From Eledone cirrhosa (taxonomy: Eukaryota): 64,000 nucleotides of DNA. The position numbers and the translations under genes were made by a program. The notes under the pieces are model-generated. The model had not been told where the DNA came from and ran no database searches. It was given only the letters and a program-made list of their open reading frames with translations. The stretch lies in NCBI GenBank assembly GCA_964016885.1, contig OZ024740.1, positions 408,952,001 to 409,016,000 on the forward strand, given 5' to 3'. Within the stretch, counting starts at the first letter, position 1. Each line of letters opens with the position of its first letter. Positions 55,201 to 63,628 of this stretch are shown piece by piece.

Positions 55201-56080
55201 TTTCACCTGCCACTAAGCCTCTACCCAGAGTCTGTCCAAGAATGTCCTCCCTTTCACCTGCCACTAAGCCTCTACCCAGAGTCTGTCCAAGAATGTCCTC
55301 CCTTTCACCTGTCACTAAGCCTGTACCCAGAGTCTGTCCAAGAATGTCATCCCTGTCACCTGTCACTAAGTCTCTACCCAGAGTCTGTCCAAGAATGTCA
55401 TCCCTTTCACCTGCCACTAAGCCTCTACCCAGAGTCTGTCCAAGAATGTCCTCCCTTTCACCTGTCACTAAGTCTCTACCCAGAGTCTGTCCAAGAATGT
55501 CATCCCTTTCACCTGTCACTAAGTCTCTACCCAGAGTCTGTCCAAGAATGTCATCCCTTTCACCTGCCACTAAGCCTCTACCCAGAGTCTGTCCAAGAAT
55601 GTCATCCCTTTCACCTGCCACTAAGCCTGTACCCAGAGTCTGTCCAAGAATGTCATCCCTTTCACCTGTCACTAAGTCTCTACCCAGAGTCTGTCCAAGA
55701 ATGTCATCCCTTTCACCTGCCACTAAGCCTCTACCCAGAGTCTGTCCAAGAATGTCATCCCTTTCACCTGTCACTAAGTCTCTACCCAGAGTCTGTCCAA
55801 GAATGTCCTCCCTTTCACCTGCCACTAAGCCTCTACCCAGACTCTGTCCAAGAATGTCCTCCCTTTCACCTGCCACTAAGCCTCTACCCAGAGTCTGTCC
55901 AAGAATGTCATCCCTTTCACCTGTTACTAAGCCTCTACCCAGAGTCTGTCCAAGAATGTCATCGCTTTCACCTGCCACTAAGAACACAAGGTGGAGTCTC
56001 CACTGGTTGAACTGCCAGATTGGCAGAGGGTTGAAAACATTCCAGTTTCCCAGAACTCCCTCTTGGTCTTTGCGTGACAA

Positions 56081-56290
56081 CAAGAGCAATGGTTTGGCAG
56101 AATTCGTAGTGTTGAACAAAATAGTACATGGTGTTTGTTCAAATTCTTTATATTCTGGATTCAAATCCACTGAAGTCATATTTGCTTTTCAGTAAAATGA
56201 AGTACCAGTCAAGTACTGGAGTTGATTCAATAAACTTTCACCTTCTCCCAAAACTGCTGATCATGTGTCTAAATTATAAGCCATAGTTAT
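56081..56290 (+). mobile_element. Degenerate tRNA-derived SINE (octopus-like family)
   Basis: TGGCAGAATTCGTAG (A-box-like) ... GATTCAAATCC (B-box-like) ... AAGTACCAGTCAAGTACTGGAGTTGAT ... CCCAAAACTGCTG. This matches my recollection of an abundant octopus SINE; not verified against a library. Confidence 0.65.
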
Positions 56291-56583
56291 TGCAAAAATG
56301 TTGCAACATTAGTATAAGTAAAATTGTCATTGCTTGATATCTCAAGTTTCATATGATACTCTGTTCCAATCTGAATAAAGAGCAATTGTAGTATTCATAA
56401 TTTTGTGATTAAATCTAATTGCTATCTTTTATTATTATTATCTTTTATGAGAAATTTTCACATGGAAATTGCTTGCATTCCATTTGAAAGATATCTGAAT
56501 CAGGATTCTAGCATTATGAACAAATATGATTAGTTATTTGTAAAGCTTATCAACTTTCAGCACTTAAACCTGCTGCATAACAA

Positions 56584-56913
56584 ACACAGACATGTTTGTG
56601 TGGTTAAGGGGTTAACTTTGCATCTATGTGGTTTCAGGATGTCCCTTTATATGACACCTTGGGCAAGTATTTTTCTATACCCTTGGGTTGACCAATGCCT
56701 TGTGAGTGAAATTTGGTGTGGAACCTTGTCATATACATGTGTGTGTCCGTGTCCACAACTGTATTTACATTTATTGTTTGTTTATACCCTACAACATGAT
56801 GAATTGACAAAAAAATATTGATAAAATATGTATCTGATTTGAAAATAAGCAATGTAGTTGATATGATCAACTGAATCCCTTTGAGGTGATGTCCCTCAAG
56901 TAATAGGATAAAA
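56584..56913 (+). mobile_element. Second degenerate tRNA-derived SINE (different octopus-like family)
   Basis: GTGTGGTTAAG A-box-like head, CACCTTGGGCAAGT core-like motif, GACCAATGCCTTGTGAGTGAAATTTGGT, internal (TG)n, and an A-rich end. Recognised from recall. Confidence 0.6.
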
Positions 56914-56944
56914 ACATTTCCTCTAATTATATTCAACAGTAATT

Positions 56945-57248
56945 AGTTCTGGTTTGAGGCAGTAAGGCAGTTGCCAACCTGTTATCCCCAGCCATTATTT
57001 TCTCCTCCCCCCCTCCTTCCACTTATTCCTGAGAGGGTCGTGGGGGAAGAGTCCTCAAACACTCCTTCCAGCAGGTCCTGTCAGAAGTAACCATCCCCAA
57101 CAGATCCGACTGGATCCCCAAGTGAGACCAGCCAACCTTATGGATGTTATTCAACCATCTTGCTCGGGGGTCTACCCCTGGGTCTCCTGCTGGTTGGTTT
57201 TGCCTGTAAAATCTGTTCAGATATTCTTTCCCGAGACATTCTAACCCT
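56945..57248 (-). mobile_element. Short 3' fragment of an RTE-clade LINE (Rex3/Expander-like C-terminus), frameshifted
   Basis: The minus strand translates as VRMSRERISEQILQAKPTSRRPRGRP/RARWLNNIHKVGWSHLGIQSDLLGMVTSDRTCWKECLRTLPPRPSQE* (stop 57023-57025). There is a +1 shift in the G5 run at 57166-57170. RPRGRPxxRW...LPPRP is the typical RTE ORF end. Confidence 0.8.
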
Positions 57249-57275
57249 CAAAATATTTTCTATTTTTTTTTATTT

Positions 57276-58747
57276 TCATCATCATCATCATCATCATCAC
57301 CGTTTTACGTCCGTTCTTCCACGCTAGCATGGGTTAGACGGGTTGTCCTGTTGTGGGCAGTGTCTGGTCGGCTGACCATGCCTTGCTCATACAGGAACTG
57401 ATCTGGCTTGATTTCTACAGCTGGATGCCCTTCCTAACACCAACCTCATTTACAGTGAGTGCTGGGTGCTTTTTCGTGGCGCCTACACGTCCACTTTACA
57501 GTGTGGGCTGGGTGCTTTTTTGCCGTGGCACCTCCACGACCACCTTGCGGTGGGGGGGGGGGGGCATATTGTTTATATGCTTCAGCATGTACCCATGGGA
57601 GGTCGGGTACCCTGTATTACTGCGTGACGCCAGAAGTCACGGTCGTGTGTCATTGACTTTGAGAGGTGTAGTTGGGTAAGGTCGGCTTTTATCACCTCAT
57701 CCCAAGTCATCTTGGGTCTCCCCACTCCGCGGTTTCCATCAACTCTGCACCTTTTTATGCAGCTGTCATCCTTCATACGCATCACATGTCCATACCAGCG
57801 TAACCGCCTCTCCTGCACGCAGCATTTGATTCCTCTTATGCTCAGTCTCTCTCTCAATTCCTTTATGCTTTGTCGTTCACGTATATTACTGTTACACATC
57901 CATCGGAGCATGCAGGCTTCGTTTCTCTCTAATCTACGTAAGTCTTCCACCTTCAGCGCCCAGGTCTCACTACCATGCAACATCGCTGTTCGGATACACG
58001 CATCATACAGTCTGCCTTTCATTCTGAGGGAGAAGCCTTTTGCAGCTAGCAGTGGTAGTAGTTCCCTAAACTTCTTCCATCCCGTTCTTACCCTAGTTAT
58101 TGTACTTTCTGAGCACCCACCTCCGTTGCTAATTCGGTCACCTAGGTAGCAGAAGCTGTCTACTGTTTCTACAGGGCCCTCCCAGAGATTGGTGGTACTT
58201 GTTTCCTGTGGCTGTTTGCTTGCTGTTTCAGCACAGCTGCTGCATGTGAATCCTACATTCTTAATTAAGCTTCCTGAGATCCCGCTACATCTCTTGTGTA
58301 CCCATTGTTTGCATTTGGGGCAAAGAATGGAGTTCCTACCTACACCTTTCCTACATACTGAGCAAGGCCATTTCCCTGAGGGGATCTGGGTTCTGTTTTC
58401 TCGTCTACTTATAAGGACCTTAGTCTTTGTCATGTTGACTTTGAGGCCCTTTCTCTCTAGTCCCTGCTTCCAGGTTTGGAATTTATTCTCTAGTTCTACC
58501 ATAGATTCAGCTATGAGTGCGAGGTCATCAGCATACAGGAGTTCCCATGGGCATCCGGTCTTAAACTCCTCCGTTATTGCCTGCAGGACTATGATGAACA
58601 GGAGAGGGCTAAGAACAGAGCCCTGGTGGACCCCAACCTGTACGCTAAATTCCTCGCTATACTCATTGCCAATCCTAACTTTGCTGACTGCTCCCCTATA
58701 CATGGCTTGTACTGCTTTCACAAGCCATTCATCTACTCCTAGTTTTC
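57276..58747 (-). mobile_element. 5'-truncated RTE-clade LINE with 3' UTR and (TGA)n tail
   Basis: RT ORF, RTE-type 3' UTR motif (plus strand CTGGATGCCCTTCCTAACACCAACC) and (TCA)8 tail at 57276-57299. Homology stops at KLGVDEWLV (~58745). Possible TSD TTTTCAT at 57273-57279 and 58743-58749. Confidence 0.93.
57582..58745 (-). pseudogene. Truncated RTE reverse transcriptase ORF (C-terminal ~387 aa) with a PHD-like zinc finger
   Basis: Motifs GVHQGSVLSPLLF, LLYADDLAL, GLKVNMTKTK, FCYLG, RRLRWYGHVMRM and GRPKMTW in an uninterrupted frame. The GTG at 58721 is internal, and the endonuclease and RT N-terminus are absent. Confidence 0.92.
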
Positions 58748-59184
58748 ATATAGAAAATAATTTTGTTTCTTACTTTGCCGTTATTATATTATTGGACAGT
58801 CTTATTCTACTTTGATCAAACTTAAGACCTAGTTATAGTCAGACAGACCTTTGCTTGTTACTTACTGATTGTGTATAAGGCTTGCTTTTTAACAATAAAG
58901 TCTATTTTTTAATTCTTCCAATTGTGAAACAATTGTCTGCAATTACTACAAATATACATTTTTAGAACCAATAACTTTCAGCAATTTACATTGATTGAAA
59001 TTATTTTTAAAGAAGATGAAATGCAATTTCATTATTTTATTTTGATCCTGGCAATATTACTTATGTTATTAGTTGCAAATTTATGAATTTAGAAGGAAAA
59101 ATATATTGGTGAATCATTTTCTGGACATTCAGAATTATTCAGATATTTAGGTGACTCATCCTGGTGTCCTCTCTTCCCTGAAGT

Positions 59185-59269
59185 CTGTGTGTGTGTATAT
59201 ATATATATACATATATACACACACGTGTGTATGTGTATATATGTGTGAGTGTACATAATAATAATAATA
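59185..59269. repeat. Compound (TG)/(TA)/(CA) microsatellite followed by (TAA)n
   Basis: Seen directly: TGTGTGTGTGTATATATATATATACATATATACACACACG...ATAATAATAATAATA. Confidence 0.9.
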
Positions 59270-60313
59270 GTTTCATTTATTGGCCATCAAGGCCGACATA
59301 TAGAGTACAATACAAAGACGGACTGGTGGTGGCATTTCCATTAAGGTTGTTGCTGGTGCTGGTGTTGGTCCTTGTCCCAGCATCGGCGGCAGTGGAGACC
59401 TTCGACCCCTTGCACCTTTCAGCAGTTGAGGGCTGAAGGCTCGCAAATGGGTTGTTTCTCCGCAAACGAAACTATGCAGCCTTTTGCTCAACACTGTCCC
59501 GTTCTGGAGATGAATGTGGTCCGGGATTCTTTTTACACCCTCGGGCCTGATCTGGAGAAGTATCTCCAGGTCAACCCCGGACCAGTCCTCCCTGGCAGTC
59601 TTTGTAACCTCTATCGAGACAGTATCCACCCCCTTCACAATGACACATTCTAGGAGCCACCACATGTCAAGTCCTGGTGGAATCCAGGTAATGCAGACAC
59701 AAGCTGTTCGTTTTACTATGTAGGAAGGGTACATAATGACCTTGCTGATTTTGCAAGGGGTCATTGTATGTTTCATAGCGAGGGCTTCTGACTTAAACAG
59801 CACCGAAATGGTGCCGTATTGTCTGCCCCTCGCTATGTACTCGGTGCTGTTCCTGATGCACCTCAGCGCGGCTTCAATATCTGCCTGGGCAATTAAAGCC
59901 GCCCTCTTTGTCTCTGCTGAAATGCACCGTTCTATACTCCACTGTTTCAATGGCTTCTGCCGGAACAGTTAAGTTGGCCCAGGTTTGCTCTTGTTTGATG
60001 AGCTTCTAGGCCTGGACCAACTTTTCATCTTTATTCGTGAGGTCCATGCTGAAGCATGGCCCCTTTTTGGCTGCTGCCATAGCGAAAGTGGTGTTTGTGT
60101 TGTTGTTCTTATTGGTGTTGTTGCAGTTGGTTATATCTTTGGTGATGATGTTGTTGTTCTTGTTGGTGGTGTTGATTTCGTTGTTTTTCTTGTCATTGTT
60201 TCTGTTGTCTGTGTTTTGGTGGTTGGTGTTGTTATTTTTTTTAGGTTAGTGTTTTCACTGTTGCTGTTAATGTTGTTTATGGCATAAATTTCCGTGTTCA
60301 CTGTCTAACAGCC
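59270..60313 (-). mobile_element. Decayed L1/Tx1-like element relic encoding a gag-like ORF1 only
   Basis: N/T-rich N-terminus (...NNTNKNNNTNTTFAMAAAKK...), a stop at 60006-60008 and a frameshift near 59930. These are followed by GRQYGTISVLF...RIPDHIHL and SFVCGETTHLRAFS, which has CX2CX4HX4C knuckle spacing with both outer Cys as Ser. AATAAA (59276-59281) and a (TTA)n tail come next. Confidence 0.65.
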
Positions 60314-60331
60314 AATAATAATAATAATAAT
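60314..60331. repeat. (AAT)6 microsatellite
   Basis: AATAATAATAATAATAAT. Confidence 0.9.
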
Positions 60332-60374
60332 GAATAGGAATGAAGTATCAATATGACATCATTATGTTTGTTCA

Positions 60375-60408
60375 CACGTGATGCGCATTTCGTGACGTGA
60401 CCAATCAG
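60375..60408. promoter_or_regulatory. Candidate promoter motif cluster (E-box, TGCGCA, CRE/UPRE-like, CCAAT)
   Basis: CACGTG 60375-60380, TGCGCA 60382-60387, TGACGTGA 60393-60400 and CCAATCAG 60401-60408. Four CpGs lie within 34 bp in a CpG-poor neighbourhood. Confidence 0.35.
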
Positions 60409-60482
60409 TGCAAGGTACCATAGGTAATGATCGCGTCCAACTCAGGAATCAATAGCACATCGGTCTTGTGAATTCTTGAATA

Positions 60483-60587
<105 letters not shown>

Positions 60588-60821
60588 AAATCAACTATTG
60601 CACCAAGAAAAATCAAATGTTGGTGTGAAGAGATTATTTGCTTTGACATATGTTTCTGTGTTCTATTATATATATGTATATATATACACACAAACTATCC
60701 ACAGTAAGTTGTGGGGGTCTATTCTGCATGAAGAACTCGATGTAATCCATATGTTGAAAATGTTGTAGGTTAAGATAAATCCCGGAAAACAATAAAACAT
60801 TAAAAGGAAAACAGAGTCATG

Positions 60822-61208
60822 ATATAAGTTAAAACAATGAAATAAAAAATCAAGTCATTAGAGATATACTTCACTGCTTTACGGTCGTTTCTAGGTGATG
60901 ATAATACATTGTAGCTATACTCCATTATTGATCTATGTAAGGTTAGTTACAAAATAACAGATAAAGAGAATATTTACTTACATGCATATCACCAGCTGTT
61001 TTCAAAAGCAATAAAAAATTGCTTTTGAAAACAGCTGGTGATATGCATGTAAGTAAATATTCTCTTTATCTGATATTTTGTAACTAACCTTACATAGATC
61101 AATAATGGAGTATAGCTACAATGTATTATCATCACCTAGAAACGACCGTAAAGCAGTGAAGTATATCTCTAATGACTTGATTTTTTATTTCATTGTTTTA
61201 ACTTATAT
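60822..61208. repeat. Near-perfect palindrome: 191-bp arms, 5-nt (A5) loop, 1 mismatch
   Basis: 60822-61012 is the reverse complement of 61018-61208, except for an A/A mismatch at 60957/61073. Confidence 0.97.
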
Positions 61209-61994
61209 ATATATACATATATATATAAGTAAGTTTGTTTTGAAATTAGAATTAGAAGCTTTCGCCATATTTTTTATCTAAAGAAATATATGACTAGCTG
61301 AGTGTGACATGAGTCTAGAAAAGTTAGTATTTTTGTGGAATATGTTGTCTTACCAGAGTTGGTATATATGTGTATGGAAAACAAACTTCAACATTTATTT
61401 GTTGGGAACGGTATCTTTCCTTTTCATTAGCGTTAGTTTTTTTATTTATTTCTCTGCCATTTTGCTTGGTGCTACTTGTCTTTCAATACATTCCTGGCAT
61501 TATGCTTTGTGTTGATTACAGCATGTTTAGTGCCTTAAACATTATACATTAAGAAAACAAGATCTACACAACACCTACAATTGTTGCGCTTCAGTGCAAT
61601 TTGATTTTAGTCAAATGCCTAATAAGGCATGTTTTATATTATTTATTTATTTATTTTTATTTTTTGCTATAAAATGTGTTTAGCGAAACAGCCATTGTAT
61701 ATTGTCTGTATGTATACATGTAAACTTATATACAAATACAAAGTAGTTTTGTGTAAGATATTGATGATCAAGGTAGCTAACTCTAGTCAGAACTCTTCCT
61801 TCTCCCATTTCCAATAGTATTCTCCTAGTATTCACCTATCTATGCAAATATTTTTCAAACTTTTGCTTTTATTACTCAGCGGTTGCAGTTTTTCAAACTT
61901 AATCTTAGGATATAACGATATGAATATTGTTTAAGCTATATGAGAGTTGAAATCATGTTTAATTTTAGTTGTAATGCATTACTTGTTGCAGAAT

Positions 61995-62496
61995 CTTAGG
62001 TTTCATGGCTTGACAATCTTACATAAGTGCAATTGATTATTGTCAGCCATATCTTCTGACAAACTATATACAAAATGTTTAACAAGATTTGAGAAAAGAT
62101 CTCGAAGAAAGGAGTGAATAAATACAAAATGTATCATTGGTGGAGAGGAGCTAGCTTCAGGATTAAAAGGAATTACTCATTGCCTTTGAGAAAACGGATA
62201 CATATTTAGGTCCTAGAATTACATTGAGTGTGTGGAGGAGAAATTGAGATAAGAGGGAGGTTAAACAGGTGGTGTGTTTGTGGTAAGAGAAGGTGCATAT
62301 CAAACAGTTCTGAGTAAGTAGGGGTAGTTGTAAAGAATGAAGTATTGAGAGAAGATAGGGTGGAGATATTATATTAGCTTGTGAGTGACTGCCAGCATGT
62401 AGGGTATTTTAAGGTGGTTTTTATATATCACACGGTATAGGCTCTGTGCCTGAGAATTGATGCTTCCATGAAGATTGTCAGACCATGAAACCTAAG
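61995..62496. repeat. 26-bp inverted repeat pair ~450 bp apart (possible old MITE ends)
   Basis: CTTAGGTTTCATGGCTTGACAATCTT (61995-62020) versus the reverse complement of 62471-62496, CTTAGGTTTCATGGTCTGACAATCTT; 24/26 match. Confidence 0.6.
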
Positions 62497-62580
62497 GTTG
62501 CACAATGATTTTTCATGTGTACAAATCAATGAATTAGCTCTCTTTATATACAGAGCATTTCCTCTTGTTGACACCCTTTC

Positions 62581-62582
62581 CA

Positions 62583-62648
<66 letters not shown>
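62581..62648. repeat. (CA)n microsatellite, ~34 units with one interruption
   Basis: Seen directly. Confidence 0.97.
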
Positions 62649-62650
<2 letters not shown>

Positions 62651-63510
62651 CACATGTACATATAAATAAATGTTGAAATAGCCAGTCTGAACTAAAATCA
62701 GAGCTACAGAATGTCATGATTAAGCGATGGTAAGAAAGAAGAAAAACGAAAAAGATGTACTCCCTGTTTATAATAAACATTAAAAAATGTACCCAATACA
62801 CATTGTAGATTGTAACTAGTAGATTTATTCATCTGTTGCCTCCATTGCTACACTGTTTCCTTCTAGTACAATGATGTAAACATTCCCAGAAAATTATAAA
62901 ATATTTCAAATGACAACCATTTTATTGGCTAAACCATGTTATATGTGACCTTTGAGGTGTAGTAATAAGGGAGATAATAGATACTCTTTTTTTTTCTTTC
63001 TAAAAGTAACATTTTATATATTTTCTTGATATATCCCAGAGATCAATATTTGACAAATATTGATGTAATTTTATTATTTTATGTAAATTATCGACATCTT
63101 TCTAATTTGCCAATTCACTGTGACAAATTGAAAGGGGAAGCTGTAGAGTTGGAGTTGGGGTCGCAATGTTAAATGCACATAAACCACACACTGAAAATAA
63201 AATAAAATTGAAGAAAAACTTAAACAAATATGTTTTTGTGATTTATTGATGAAATTATGTCATGGGAGATGCTGCTAGTGGTGAGGATGTCTCACAGAAG
63301 ATCTTTTGCAAGGAATCTTTATAGTTCTGATATGTATTTCACATAGAGTTTCCATTAGTTCCATGGCGAGTGTATCTGTGCTGAAGTAATGTTGACCACC
63401 CCCTCCTTCACTTCCTTCCTCCTCCTTCCTTCCTTCTCCTCCCTTCCATTAATCCCCCCACAAGTGTTTAATGTACTCACCAATTCTTTTCATTATAACT
63501 CCTTTTTCAG

Positions 63511-63537
63511 TCCCCTCGAGTGCTGAATAACATTGAG
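63511..63537 (+). CDS. Candidate 27-nt internal microexon (SPRVLNNIE in phase 0) of an unidentified gene
   Basis: Pyrimidine tract with CCTTTTTCAG acceptor ending at 63510, GAG|GTAAGT consensus donor at 63538, and branch-like TACTCAC at 63474-63480. Length is divisible by 3 and the frame is open. Confidence 0.4.
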
Positions 63538-63628
63538 GTAAGTGTTCCCTGATCTGGACAACAAGTGATCCCCCCTTGTCAGTCACACTGCTCCCTCCAG
63601 TGATGTCTCAGTCTTCCCGATTAGATAT

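Larger units (their letters stand above)
1..55982. repeat. 51-bp tandem satellite/minisatellite array, ~1,098 monomers, open at the left window edge
   Basis: Monomer CTGTCCAAGAATGTCATCCCTTTCACCTG(T/C)CACTAAGCCTCTACCCAGAGT repeats head-to-tail. The 51-bp register holds at 1, 1021 and 30601, then shifts by -1 after ~31027 and by -2 after ~43521. The last monomer ends at ...CCTGCCACTAAG (55982). Consensus is 49% GC with C18/G7 skew and no CpG. Confidence 0.99.

Noticed and set aside
1-55982. Dozens of long ORFs (up to 1,438 aa) on both strands as separate protein-coding genes
   Set aside because: They follow from a 3n-length monomer that is stop-free in 3 frames. They overlap on both strands, and their ends are set by recurring variant monomers.
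1-55982. CRISPR array or other repeat-spacer system
   Set aside because: There are no unique spacers because monomers abut directly, there are no cas genes, and the context is eukaryotic.
1-55982. Telomeric repeat, or rRNA/tRNA/snRNA tandem cluster
   Set aside because: There are no TTAGGG-type runs, and the monomer shows no recognisable structural RNA or Pol III boxes.
53378-56179. 933-aa minus ORF with an apparently unique N-terminus (MTSVDLNPEY...) as a real gene start
   Set aside because: The ATG and first ~33 codons are the antisense of the degenerate SINE at 56081-56290. The opposite strand is equally open (53406..56195), so openness is uninformative.
57254-58759. 10-bp inverted repeat TATTTTCTAT / ATAGAAAATA flanking the RTE as terminal inverted repeats
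   Set aside because: It is short and AT-rich enough to occur by chance, and LINEs do not have TIRs.
57353-58815. Plus-strand ORFs 57353..57679, 57459..57656, 57712..58149 and 58189..58815
   Set aside because: These are antisense shadows of the RTE ORF and its 3' UTR.
59191-60287. Plus-strand ORFs, including the hydrophobic 59985..60287 and 60037..60249 that look like membrane proteins
   Set aside because: They are antisense to the ORF1 relic. The Val/Leu richness comes from the (TTG)-rich complement of its N/T-rich region.
61060-61160. Penelope-type hammerhead ribozyme in the palindrome arm (CTGATA...GAAACGACCGTA)
   Set aside because: It lacks the CTGANGA core, and I could not build the required stems.
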